The notes under the pieces: model-generated | Seen by the model: the letters and a program-made list of their open reading frames with translations, nothing else | What the model was told of the DNA's origin: nothing | Databases searched by the model: none | Translations under genes and position numbers: made by a program | Part shown: positions 27,002 through 36,456 of the stretch, piece by piece | Position numbering within the stretch: position 1 is the first letter of the stretch | Layout of the letters: the number at the start of each line of letters is the position of its first letter | Origin: a virus | Lineage: Duplodnaviria; Caudoviricetes | Reading direction: 5' to 3' (one strand) | Length of the DNA stretch: 48,591 bases | Virus record (IMG/VR): IMGVR_UViG_3300003406_000172 | Coordinates: 1 to 48,591 of that record

Positions 27002-27480
27002 ATTACGCAATTGTAGAAACAGAAATTGTAAACCGTTTAAAGAACAATCCGGCACTTTCCGAAATGGCGGAAATCATCGTATTGCCTGACAGTATAGACG
27101 AGTACAAAACACCGGTTGTCAAAGGTCTTATTACAGTTGTTTTCATGAGTGAAAAGTATGACAAAAATCAAAGTACAGGACAAGTTTCTCAACATAGTAC
27201 TGCAACTTTCAATGTGGCGGTACAATCAAGAACCCTGCGAGGCTCCAAAGGAGTGTATGCAATTTCGGAACTGGCAAAAAAAGTACTTGTAGGCTTTCGC
27301 CCTTCCGATTGTGGTATGCTATCACTGGCAGAGCATAGTTTTGAACTTTACCAGAACGACATCTGGGAACATTCGATTGTCTATTCCTGTAGATCACTTA
27401 GAACACAAGAGGATGCCGTTTACTTTCACAATGAGATTACCACTGAAGAAGTGTTTTATCAACCAAAAAACAGCCAATAA
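26998..27480 (+). CDS. Tail terminator (Mu Gp37-like)
   Basis: IVNRLK...LRGSKGVY...LVGFRP pattern; before the sheath. Confidence 0.75.
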   Translation: MNYAIVETEIVNRLKNNPALSEMAEIIVLPDSIDEYKTPVVKGLITVVFMSEKYDKNQSTGQVSQHSTATFNVAVQSRTLRGSKGVYAISELAKKVLVGFRPSDCGMLSLAEHSFELYQNDIWEHSIVYSCRSLRTQEDAVYFHNEITTEEVFYQPKNSQ

Positions 27481-27641
27481 TGCAAACATATATTTACAAA
27501 GGAACCATCAAGACAAGCGTAAACGGCGTAATCCTAACACCCGGATCACTGGTGAATCTACCAGAAGACCATGCCAGAGTAAAATCGCTGGTAGCAATGA
27601 AACTTTTAGAACTTAAAATAACCAAAAAAGAAAAAAAATAA
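27480..27641 (+). CDS. Small 53-aa tail protein (not in ORF track)
   Basis: TAATG coupling; MQTYIYKG...VNLPEDHARVKSLVAMKLL; stop abuts the sheath ATG. Confidence 0.6.
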   Translation: MQTYIYKGTIKTSVNGVILTPGSLVNLPEDHARVKSLVAMKLLELKITKKEKK

Positions 27642-29057
27642 ATGGCGGCAAACTTTTTACATGGTGTCGAGACCATAGAACTAAACACAGGAACCCGAGC
27701 CATACAGGTAGTGAAAACCGCCGTTATCGGCTTGATAGGTATTGCACCAATGGGAGCAATTAATACTCCTATTTTGGTGAATTCTGATAAAGATGCAGCG
27801 CAATTTGGCGGCAAAATACCGGGCTTTTCCATTCCACAATCTTTAGATGCTATCTTTAAACAAGGTGCAGGTACCGTGATTGTAGTCAATGTGTTTGATG
27901 AAGCAAAACACACCAGTACCATCACAGATGAGGTGCAGATCGTGAAAGACGGAATGTTGAAACTTGCAAAAGCTCCCATAGGTGTAGTGACCATTAAGGA
28001 TGAAGCCGGCGCAACGGTAGCATTCGCTAAAGGTGTTGATTACCTTCTGGATGCTTTCGGAAACTTTACCGTAATCAGCAGCGCAATTGCAAATGATACG
28101 CCGCTTAAATTCACCTACAAGCATCTGGATGAATCCAAAGTCTTGGCAGGGGATATTATCGGGCAAATACAGCCAATTACCGAAAACCGGAGCGGTCTCA
28201 AATGCTTGGATTTATCATTTAACCTGTTTGGTTTTAATCCGAAGATCCTTATAGCTCCTACTTTTTCAGATGACAATGCAGTAGCGGTAGAGCTCATTGC
28301 AGCAGCGGAAAAATACAGAGCAATAACTTATCTGGATGCACCGTATGCAACCACTGTACAGGGTGCTATTGAAGGTCGGGGCGTGAATGGTGGAATCAAT
28401 TTCAACACCTCCAGCAAAAGAGCTGAATTGCTTTTTCCAATGCTGAAAACTTACAATGAGCAAACGAACGAAACTATTCTGTTTCCTTATTCTGCATTTC
28501 TTGCAGGGGTGCGTGCTTTTGTGGATAATACAGAAGGGTATTGGGTTTCATCTTCCAATCACGAAATCAAAGGAATTACGGGGGTTGAAAGAGATATTGA
28601 TGCCGGGCTTTCTGATGTTTCAAGCGAAGCAAATTTACTGAATGAAAAAGGAATTACAACAGTCTTCAACACTTTCGGAACCGGTATCAGAACGTGGGGA
28701 AACAGAAGCTCATCATGGCCCACCAATACAGCACCGGACAATTTCTTATCCGTACGCCGAACTGCTGATGTGATTAATGAAAGTGTTGAACTGGCTTGTC
28801 TCCAATTTATCGACCAACCCATCACACAAGGATGGATAGACAGCGTACGGGAAACCGTGAACGCATTTTTGAGAACGCTGCAAGGCAGGGGAGCAATATT
28901 AGACGGCGTATGCAAATACAATCCGGATGACAACCAACCTGCAGATCTTGCGAACGGTCACATCAATTTTTACATTGATTTCATGCCGCCTACACCAGCT
29001 GAACGGATCACCTTCAACAGCTTTATTAACATTGAATATTTGGCAAACCTTAAATAA
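27642..29057 (+). CDS. Contractile tail sheath protein
   Basis: FLHGVETIE, GYWVSSSN, ANLLNEKGI, RTWGNR, FLSVRRT, PAERITF. Confidence 0.96.
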   Translation: MAANFLHGVETIELNTGTRAIQVVKTAVIGLIGIAPMGAINTPILVNSDKDAAQFGGKIPGFSIPQSLDAIFKQGAGTVIVVNVFDEAKHTSTITDEVQIVKDGMLKLAKAPIGVVTIKDEAGATVAFAKGVDYLLDAFGNFTVISSAIANDTPLKFTYKHLDESKVLAGDIIGQIQPITENRSGLKCLDLSFNLFGFNPKILIAPTFSDDNAVAVELIAAAEKYRAITYLDAPYATTVQGAIEGRGVNGGINFNTSSKRAELLFPMLKTYNEQTNETILFPYSAFLAGVRAFVDNTEGYWVSSSNHEIKGITGVERDIDAGLSDVSSEANLLNEKGITTVFNTFGTGIRTWGNRSSSWPTNTAPDNFLSVRRTADVINESVELACLQFIDQPITQGWIDSVRETVNAFLRTLQGRGAILDGVCKYNPDDNQPADLANGHINFYIDFMPPTPAERITFNSFINIEYLANLK

Positions 29058-29064
29058 ATAAAAC

Positions 29065-29589
29065 ATGGCACAAAAAATAAAAATAGGCCGTTTAACCAAT
29101 GCCAATATCTATGTAGATGGCAGCAGCCTTTTGGGGCGTGTAGAAGAGTTCAATTGTCCAACATTGACCTACAAGCAGGCAGAACACAAAGCACTTGGTT
29201 TGAACGGAACCGTAGAATATTATGCGGGAATTGATAAAATGGAAGGTTCCATGAAGTGGACTTCCTACTATCCGGAATTCCTTAGAAAACTGGCAAATCC
29301 TTTCAAGGCAGTTCGCGTGCAGGTTCGCGGTAATCTGGAAGAGTATCAAGGAGGTGAGCGTGTAGGGCAAACTCCGGCGGTAGTTTTTCTTACCATTCAG
29401 CCGAAAGATTTTCCATTAGGGAATTTCGTACAACATGACAACGTAGAACTCACTACCAATTATGGCTGTACGTACGTCCGTATGGAAATCAATGGTGAGG
29501 TAATTACGGAGGTAGATGTAGAATCCAACATCTTCAAAGTAGATGGAGAAGATCTGCTGGCCACTTACCGTAGAAATTTAGGAATTTAA
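29065..29589 (+). CDS. Tail tube protein (P2 FII family)
   Basis: NANIYVDG..LLGRVEE, C-terminal VDGEDLLATYRRNLGI. Confidence 0.92.
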   Translation: MAQKIKIGRLTNANIYVDGSSLLGRVEEFNCPTLTYKQAEHKALGLNGTVEYYAGIDKMEGSMKWTSYYPEFLRKLANPFKAVRVQVRGNLEEYQGGERVGQTPAVVFLTIQPKDFPLGNFVQHDNVELTTNYGCTYVRMEINGEVITEVDVESNIFKVDGEDLLATYRRNLGI

Positions 29590-29629
29590 TTCATCAGTCA
29601 CTTTTTTTAATTTTTTTAATGTTAGGATT

Positions 29630-29655
29630 GGGAGGCTCCCACCTCCCTTTCTTTT
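29630..29655 (+). terminator. Intrinsic terminator after the tail tube gene
   Basis: gggagg-ctccca-cctccc-tttctttt. Confidence 0.7.
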
Positions 29656-29676
29656 AAACCAAACAAACCCATTATC

Positions 29677-30090
29677 ATGAACACAGAAGAAAAAAACACA
29701 GTTGAAATTGCTGAAACGGCAACTTTAGAAACTACTGAAATACCAATTCAATATCCTACTGCACCGGATGCAGAAGGATTTTATATTGAAGATGCAGAAC
29801 AACAAGAAGTTGGAGTATTGACTAAAGAATATGAAAATGGTTCCAAGGTGAAAAAGGTCACGCTATCGAACGGCAATACAGCCATAATCAGAATGCTGAA
29901 AGGACGTGATTTCGTTGAAGCAAAAAAAAGAATGCAGGCTGATAATACCTTGGATATGGAAACCGTAGGAATGGCCTTAGCTACCAAAATAAACGACAAA
30001 AAACAACCGCCTGAATATTATCTGGATGATCTTTATCAGAATGATTATGTGTTACTATTCATGGCGTACGGATACCTAAATTTACAGTAG
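29677..30090 (+). CDS. Tail assembly chaperone
   Basis: Between tube and tape measure; VTLSNG..AIIRMLKGRD; ends in a slippery site. Confidence 0.8.
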   Translation: MNTEEKNTVEIAETATLETTEIPIQYPTAPDAEGFYIEDAEQQEVGVLTKEYENGSKVKKVTLSNGNTAIIRMLKGRDFVEAKKRMQADNTLDMETVGMALATKINDKKQPPEYYLDDLYQNDYVLLFMAYGYLNLQ

Positions 30091-30227
30091 GGCTACAGGA
30101 AATCGCCTTTGTAGCCCATTTTTACAGCGTGTCGCCATTAGAGGTGGAAGAATGGAGTTCTAAAAGTATCATGCAATACTACATCGAAGGGGTTAATCTT
30201 CACAACAAAATGAACAGTGTAGATTAA
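30078..30227 (+). CDS. -1 frameshift extension of the tail chaperone (P2 E'/lambda T-like)
   Basis: A AAT TTA at 30078..30084 in the correct phase; -1 frame open to TAA at 30225..30227 (FTVGLQEIAFVAHFYSVSPLEVEEW...). Confidence 0.8.
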   Translation, partial: KFTVGLQEIAFVAHFYSVSPLEVEEWSSKSIMQYYIEGVNLHNKMNSVD

Positions 30228-30502
30228 TCGAACAGAAAGTAAATGAATACAAAAAAGAATCCCAAAGTGGCGATGGCAAAAAGACCCAAAGGAATATGCA
30301 GTATAAGGTGCACCCATAAATTCCAATCTTCAGCCAATATAGTTAGATAATAAAAGACTATTGCGAGGATGAGAGAAATTAAAGAAGACTTTAAAAAATG
30401 CAATTTTTCTGTGATATTGAACTTTACATCACCACCATCAGCAGCAGGCTTTTTCTTACCCTGCAGACTATAGTAAATCGCAAATAATAACGTGTCACTC
30501 AT
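30224..30502 (-). CDS. Antisense membrane moron (2 TM)
   Basis: ATG at 30502, own TATATTTG element at 30507..30514 (minus), two hydrophobic helices. Confidence 0.6.
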   Translation of the reverse strand: MSDTLLFAIYYSLQGKKKPAADGGDVKFNITEKLHFLKSSLISLILAIVFYYLTILAEDWNLWVHLILHIPLGLFAIATLGFFFVFIYFLFD

Positions 30503-30527
30503 ATAGCAAATATACAAAAAAAAATAA

Positions 30528-32669
30528 ATGGCAATATCTTCTACTATGGCAATGGCATTAGTCCTTTCTGCACGAACAGAAAAGGCCAGTGCTGCTATAG
30601 ATAAGTTTACCAATAAAACGCTTCAGGGATTCAAAAAACTGAACAGTGAAGATTTTCTAAGAAAAGGATTTATCAATCTGGAAATAGGAAAACAAGTTTT
30701 AGCACCGGTAACTTCATTGGTGGATAAAGCCGTAAAGTTTGAAAATGCCATGGCAGGCGTGGCGAAATACGCCGATGGTGCTGCTTTGGGTACTGATAAA
30801 TTCAACCAACTTTCCGAAAGAGCTTTGGCAATTTCTTCCAAGATGGGAGAAAAAGCAGAAGATGTTGCAGAAAACATGGCAGCATTGGCAGCAGCAGGAA
30901 CACCCGTTAAGGATTTGGATAGAATGGCGGAAAAAACCGTCATCTTAGCTAAAGCATTTGATGTATTACCTGGTGTAGCGGGCGAAGCTTACAAAATGAT
31001 TCAGGCCGTTACCGGATTATCTGAAAATGGAATGGATTCTTTGATGGATGCGCAAAACGAGTTGACCAATAAATTTGGTTCAACTCGTGATGCTGCCGCT
31101 CAGTTGTTAGAGTTTATGAAAGGTAGTGGTGGTTCAGTTGCACGGGGTTTGAAAATGGATGCCAATAATATGGCAGCAGTTGGAAACACCATGAGGGTTT
31201 TAGGTATCGAAACAAGCGAGGCTGAAACCACAATGCGCCGTTTTGAAAAAACTTTACTGAAAGGAGAGAAAGCAGGACAATTGTTTGCAAAAGCAGGTGG
31301 AGGAACCAAAGGCTTTTTGGCAATCATGGAAGCTGCCAATAAACATAAAGGCGGTGCAACAGCATGGTTCATGGAAAATGATTTCGGTGAATACTCTTCC
31401 AACCTTGGTAAGTTAGCAATGGGAATGAAGGGCGACGGAGTTGGAAATTTGAAAAACCAACTCGCAGGAATTTCGGACAAAGGAGCGATAAAAGGCAGTG
31501 CTAATCAAGAAGCTGCTGACGCAATGAATACCAGAGCCGAAGCAATAAATAGATTTAAATCAAGCGCAAACGCTTTGGGAATCACTTTGGGAAATGCTTT
31601 ATTGCCGTCGCTCAGTCGTTTATTAGATAAAGCAGATCCTTTACTAAAACTAACCATTCAATGGGCTAAAGAGAACAAACCGCTTGTTTCTACAATTTTA
31701 AAATTAGTTGTGGGTTTTGCCGGTCTTAAAATTGCAACTGGTGCCGCTCAATTGGCTTTTGGCGGAATATTAAAACCCGTTCAGTTTGCTGTCAAAGGTT
31801 TTGGTAGTTTGTCCAAGGGAATTATCACGATAAACAAACATGCCAAAGCTTTGCGAGTAGGCATGTACATGGCCAGAGAATCTAAGAAAATGCTGGGTAT
31901 TGCTACCACTGCTCAAAAGATGGGTAAAGCCTTTTCTTTCATGGGGAAAATGGGAGGTCGTGGATTTCTTGCAATAGGAAAGGCAATGGGTGTGGTTTTC
32001 AAAATGCTGATGGCTAATCCGTGGATGCTGGCAATTGCCGGGATTATCATTGTTGTCGCTCTCATTATTAGGCATTGGGATAAAATCAAAGTATTCTTCA
32101 AAAAACTTTGGGACTGGGTCAAAAAAACGACCGCTAAAGCTTGGGAATGGATTAAGAAAATGTTTTTGAACTACACCCCTCATGGCCTGATTATAAAACA
32201 TTGGAGTGTAATCTCAGAATTCTTCTCCAACCTTTGGGAAAATGTAAAGACAAAATTTTCAGATTTCATTACTTATGTTACCAAATGGGCAAATACGTTT
32301 AAAGATATTGGTCTGGCAATCGTAAAAGCCATTTGGGAGGGTATCAAAAACAAATGGACATGGCTTAAAGATAAGGCGGTTTCTCTATGGAAAGGATTTA
32401 AGAACGTATTCAAGTTTGGAGGTTCTGATGATCCTGATAATAATCCAGCAAACCCTACAAACCCGTATGGAGGCGGCCCCAATATTCCGCAACCTATTCC
32501 TGTAGCTGCTCGCACCAATAATAATATGCAGTTTGCACCGGTGTTTAATGTTAGTGGTGGCATGGATGAAGCTACACAAAGTAAAATGACATCTCAGCTA
32601 AGACGGGACTTTGAAAAGCAAATGAATGATTTTACATATAACCAGAACCGCAAAAACATAGGACGATAA
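30528..32669 (+). CDS. Tail tape measure protein
   Basis: AVKFENAMAGVAK core, LGNALLP, ANP motif, periodic Trp repeats. Confidence 0.93.
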   Translation: MAISSTMAMALVLSARTEKASAAIDKFTNKTLQGFKKLNSEDFLRKGFINLEIGKQVLAPVTSLVDKAVKFENAMAGVAKYADGAALGTDKFNQLSERALAISSKMGEKAEDVAENMAALAAAGTPVKDLDRMAEKTVILAKAFDVLPGVAGEAYKMIQAVTGLSENGMDSLMDAQNELTNKFGSTRDAAAQLLEFMKGSGGSVARGLKMDANNMAAVGNTMRVLGIETSEAETTMRRFEKTLLKGEKAGQLFAKAGGGTKGFLAIMEAANKHKGGATAWFMENDFGEYSSNLGKLAMGMKGDGVGNLKNQLAGISDKGAIKGSANQEAADAMNTRAEAINRFKSSANALGITLGNALLPSLSRLLDKADPLLKLTIQWAKENKPLVSTILKLVVGFAGLKIATGAAQLAFGGILKPVQFAVKGFGSLSKGIITINKHAKALRVGMYMARESKKMLGIATTAQKMGKAFSFMGKMGGRGFLAIGKAMGVVFKMLMANPWMLAIAGIIIVVALIIRHWDKIKVFFKKLWDWVKKTTAKAWEWIKKMFLNYTPHGLIIKHWSVISEFFSNLWENVKTKFSDFITYVTKWANTFKDIGLAIVKAIWEGIKNKWTWLKDKAVSLWKGFKNVFKFGGSDDPDNNPANPTNPYGGGPNIPQPIPVAARTNNNMQFAPVFNVSGGMDEATQSKMTSQLRRDFEKQMNDFTYNQNRKNIGR

Positions 32670-33523
32670 TGCTGTTTCAGTTAGGAAATAAAATATTTGA
32701 AGGTCAATTTGCACCGGAAAGCTGGAGCTATTCAGGCAATGAAGCAAACCTTTCGCAGTACGATCTCATCAACACAAAGCCCCGCCTTCAACTGACGGGA
32801 GAAATGCTTGCTGAGCTTTCATTTCATTTCAACCTGAGAGTGGATTTTTGCGACCTGAAACAGGAAATAAAGGATCTGGAGCGGTGGAAATCCAACGGCG
32901 AAATTTTACCGTTACTTTTGGGAAATGGTGAATATATAAATGATTTTGTAATCAAGTCTGTTTCCAAAACCATTCTGCAAACCTTTGATGATGGCACGCC
33001 AATAGAAATAAATGTAAGCCTTTCCCTCCTGGAATGTGTAACCAACAAAGCATCTCAACAACGAGACACCGACAAAAAAAACGCTAAAGCCGTAGGTGAT
33101 AAATCCCAAATTGACCGCAGGCCTAAACAGCTAAAAACACCAGAAGCCGAAGCACATGCTGCATTGATGGAAGCGCAAATAAAAGCGTGGGAAGCATCCG
33201 AACTGGCACAACAAACCAAGGAAGCTTCTAATCCTGAAACCATGTTTGGCAAAGTGAAAAACAGCGTACAGGAAGCGCAAAAACAAATGGACAAAGCTAA
33301 AGAGTATATCAGTGAAGCTCAGCAGCAAATTAATAACGCTACCGGAATCATTTCTTCAATTGCACAGGCTAAAGATAAACTGACAGAAATAGGCTCTTTG
33401 ATGCAGCCTCCTTTCAATCTTAATAATGTGAATAATTCCATCCTGAATTTACAATCAGCCATCCGCGGGGTTGACACTAATTCTACAATTTTTACTCAGG
33501 ATATTATTTTAAGAAAAATATAA
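32669..33523 (+). CDS. P2 GpU-like tail protein with C-terminal coiled coil
   Basis: MLFQLG, KPRLQLTG, LPLLLGNG, SLSLLE. Confidence 0.82.
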   Translation: MLFQLGNKIFEGQFAPESWSYSGNEANLSQYDLINTKPRLQLTGEMLAELSFHFNLRVDFCDLKQEIKDLERWKSNGEILPLLLGNGEYINDFVIKSVSKTILQTFDDGTPIEINVSLSLLECVTNKASQQRDTDKKNAKAVGDKSQIDRRPKQLKTPEAEAHAALMEAQIKAWEASELAQQTKEASNPETMFGKVKNSVQEAQKQMDKAKEYISEAQQQINNATGIISSIAQAKDKLTEIGSLMQPPFNLNNVNNSILNLQSAIRGVDTNSTIFTQDIILRKI

Positions 33524-33741
33524 TGGAAACGATACAGTACGAAACCACTGAAGGCGAAAGATGGGATACCGTGTCATTCAAAATGTATGGTACCGTAAAC
33601 GAGGTGCAAAGAATAACAGAGGAAAACCCGCAAATACCAATTACCGACAGATTGCCGGGCGGTATCATTCTGGAAATTCCCGTATTGGAAGAAAATAATA
33701 TAGAACCTGACAAAGACCAGCTTCCGCCTTGGAAACAATAA
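33523..33741 (+). CDS. Tail protein X (LysM-like)
   Basis: TTEGERWDTVSFKMYG...ENP...LPPWK. Confidence 0.9.
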   Translation: METIQYETTEGERWDTVSFKMYGTVNEVQRITEENPQIPITDRLPGGIILEIPVLEENNIEPDKDQLPPWKQ

Positions 33742-33742
33742 C

Positions 33743-34825
33743 ATGGCACAACTGAATAAAACATATCTAAAAGTACTTTACAACGGTAAAAACATTACTG
33801 CAGACCTCAGTAAAAGCCTTTTGGCCTTCACCTATACGGATCATCTTTCCGAAGCGGATACTTTAGACATTGAAGTGGAAGATGCTGAGTGTATTTGGCA
33901 ATCTGCCTGGTATCCTGAAAAAGGCGCAACGATAGAAGCTACCATCGGAATAGAAGGCGGCGAAACCGTTAATTGTGGTGTGTTTGAAATTGATGAAATA
34001 GAATTGCATGGCCCACCTGATGCTGTGAATATCCGGTGTATTGCAGCCGGATTCAAACAAGGGCAAAAACGCACTGCGAAAAGCCACGTTCATGAAAACA
34101 AAACGCTATCAGAAATTGTAAGAACTATTGCCAGTGCTGCAGGTCTTGAAGTTGTAGGCAAAGTGGGCGATATCCGGATTGGAAGATTGGTTCAGCAAAA
34201 AAAGAACAATCTTAGGCAATTGAAGAAACTGGCCACTCAATATGGTTACACTTTTAATGTAAGGGGTAAAAAAGCAATCTTTATAAAATCTTCTGTTTTG
34301 GAATCTAAAGCACCTGTGGAAATTTTTGACAAAGAAGATTTAATGAATTTTGCTTTCCGGGACAAAAATACAGACACCTATCGTCACGCTTCTATTACTT
34401 ATTACAACGCTGAAACTGCTGAAACCATAACGCACACGGAAAGCGATGGAGGTCTGGAAAATTCTGATGATACGCTGGAACTTACTTACACCGCCGAAAC
34501 CAAAGCTCAAGCCATGGAAATGACCAAAGCAGCTTTGCGGGATGCAAACAAATTACAGCAGACCGGAAATATCACTTTACCAGGATCATCACTTTTAGTC
34601 AGTGGAAATGTGATCAGTTTGAGCAGAATGGGAAGGTTGTCCGGCGATTATATTATCAAAACTGCATCGCATACCATTGGCAATAGTGAAGGCTGGCTGG
34701 TAGATGCAGAAGTATATAAAGTTGGTTATCGGGAAGACGTGGAAAAAGAAACCACGAAAAATACCAAAAAGAAAAAGAAGAAAAAAGAAAGTATTAACCT
34801 CACTTTTAAAGGCGATTTTGAATAA
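33743..34825 (+). CDS. Baseplate hub (P2 GpD family)
   Basis: FTYTDH...ADTLDIEVED, GVFEIDEIE..GPPD, LSGDYII. Confidence 0.9.
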   Translation: MAQLNKTYLKVLYNGKNITADLSKSLLAFTYTDHLSEADTLDIEVEDAECIWQSAWYPEKGATIEATIGIEGGETVNCGVFEIDEIELHGPPDAVNIRCIAAGFKQGQKRTAKSHVHENKTLSEIVRTIASAAGLEVVGKVGDIRIGRLVQQKKNNLRQLKKLATQYGYTFNVRGKKAIFIKSSVLESKAPVEIFDKEDLMNFAFRDKNTDTYRHASITYYNAETAETITHTESDGGLENSDDTLELTYTAETKAQAMEMTKAALRDANKLQQTGNITLPGSSLLVSGNVISLSRMGRLSGDYIIKTASHTIGNSEGWLVDAEVYKVGYREDVEKETTKNTKKKKKKKESINLTFKGDFE

Positions 34826-35448
34826 TGCTGAAATTTGGATTCATAACAGAATTAAACGTGAAAGAAGGCACGGTGCGTGTACATTTTACCGATGATGGCA
34901 TTGTGTCAAACCCTCTACCTGTATCAGTCCCGGCCACTAAAGATGATAAATACCACTTTCCGTTTTCTATTAACGAAAACGTATGGTGTATAATGGATCC
35001 CAATGGGGAGTTTGGTGTGGTAGGCGGCTCTGTTTACTCAAAGAAAAACAGTCCGCCTGCCATTTTTTCGGAGCATAAAATCGACATTCTTATCGGAGGT
35101 AGCAAATTGAAAATTTCCGTGGATAAGGAAAACGGAAACCTTTCTGTTAAATCTGATGATGAAATAAATGTTGAAGCCAAAACAATAAATATACAAGCTG
35201 CTACCGCTGTTAATTTAATCTCACCAGTTGAAGTTAAAATTCAAGCTCCGCTGATTTCGGCAATGGGAAATTTAGCTGTTTCCGGTTCTATGACTGCAAG
35301 TGGTTTCACCGGAACAGACGGCGGCCCAATGGTCGTAAATTCTAATATCGAAAGCAGCCATGATGTTATCCTATCTGGTTTAAGTGTTAAATCTCACAAA
35401 CACATCAGCGCATCTTCCGGTAATCCTACCGGTACACCAATCCCGTAA
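34825..35448 (+). CDS. Baseplate spike (GpV family)
   Basis: OB-fold N-terminus (VRVHF), C-terminal SVKSHKH metal-binding tip. Confidence 0.9.
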   Translation: MLKFGFITELNVKEGTVRVHFTDDGIVSNPLPVSVPATKDDKYHFPFSINENVWCIMDPNGEFGVVGGSVYSKKNSPPAIFSEHKIDILIGGSKLKISVDKENGNLSVKSDDEINVEAKTINIQAATAVNLISPVEVKIQAPLISAMGNLAVSGSMTASGFTGTDGGPMVVNSNIESSHDVILSGLSVKSHKHISASSGNPTGTPIP

Positions 35449-35449
35449 C

Positions 35450-35495
35450 GCAAGCAGAACGCAAACAGAATTAGGGTTAATTTCATTTAGTTTGC
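35450..35495 (+). promoter_or_regulatory. Candidate late promoter, copy 2
   Basis: gcaagcagaac-gcaaacagaat-N17-agtttgc. Confidence 0.7.
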
Positions 35496-35501
35496 CCTAT
35501 C

Positions 35502-35795
35502 ATGCAGGTAAGCGAAATCCAATCCAAGAACTGGCAAATAGACATTACTAAACCTCAGAGCGTTGTTGTAGGAAGTGACGATATACAGCAGAGTATATCC
35601 GTCATTCTGCGTACCAGAAAGGGTGAAGATCCTTTGCGCCCTCATTTTGGTTCAGACATTTGGAGGTGGATTGATAAGCCTGTGAATACCGCCGTACCCA
35701 ATATGAAAAAAGAAATATTGGATGCTATCGAAATGTTTGAACCTCGTGTGAAAATCACCTCATTAAAAGCCGAAATACTGATGGATCATGAGTAA
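35502..35795 (+). CDS. Baseplate wedge protein (GPW/gp25)
   Basis: DIQQSISVILRTRKGEDPLRPHFGS...FEPRV. Confidence 0.93.
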   Translation: MQVSEIQSKNWQIDITKPQSVVVGSDDIQQSISVILRTRKGEDPLRPHFGSDIWRWIDKPVNTAVPNMKKEILDAIEMFEPRVKITSLKAEILMDHE

Positions 35796-36447
35796 AGTAA
35801 GATTTCATATAGGCTATGAATCAGATACCGGCGAAGCTGGTACTCTGGTGTATGATGTGAAAACAGGCACCGACACAGGTGCTATTGATCCATCAATACC
35901 GCGGCCATTGATGGTTTCTGCACAATACACTAATGAATTTGCAAGACACAATGTGCAGCTTACTCTTAATGGGCAAATCATAACACCTTCACTTCAGCAT
36001 ATTGGTTTTTATAACATCAAATCAATGTTTATGTGGATGGTGAGCCAATGGTCTGCTTTCGGAGTGTGGCATTGGGTAAGAAACAATAACAGCATTGTAG
36101 GCTACATTAATCAAAATATTGCTCAAACCGGAAGCTTGAAAATAACAGAACTGCATCATATTTCAGCTGATTTTCCTATAGGTCAAGCAACGGAATCAGG
36201 ATACATTTTGGTTTTCAAGAAAAACGGAAAAAGAATCCGGCCATGGGATGATGCAAATCTGTACGAACAAAGTGAAGTTTTGGACTATGCAAAACGGCAT
36301 TATTCAGATTATGGAAACTGGGGAATTGAAGGAAGTTCTTTAATTCTGGTAAATGACGAATCTCTGGATGAGTACAGTGTGGAAATCAGCATAAGATCGA
36401 ATAATGCAGCCTTCAGCGATGCCTTTAGTGATGGTTTTGAAATATAA
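35788..36447 (+). CDS. Hypothetical baseplate-region protein with C-terminal FSDAFSDGF motif
   Basis: 219-aa ORF between gp25 and baseplate J. Confidence 0.7.
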   Translation: MSKVRFHIGYESDTGEAGTLVYDVKTGTDTGAIDPSIPRPLMVSAQYTNEFARHNVQLTLNGQIITPSLQHIGFYNIKSMFMWMVSQWSAFGVWHWVRNNNSIVGYINQNIAQTGSLKITELHHISADFPIGQATESGYILVFKKNGKRIRPWDDANLYEQSEVLDYAKRHYSDYGNWGIEGSSLILVNDESLDEYSVEISIRSNNAAFSDAFSDGFEI

Positions 36448-36456
36448 AAATTAAGA

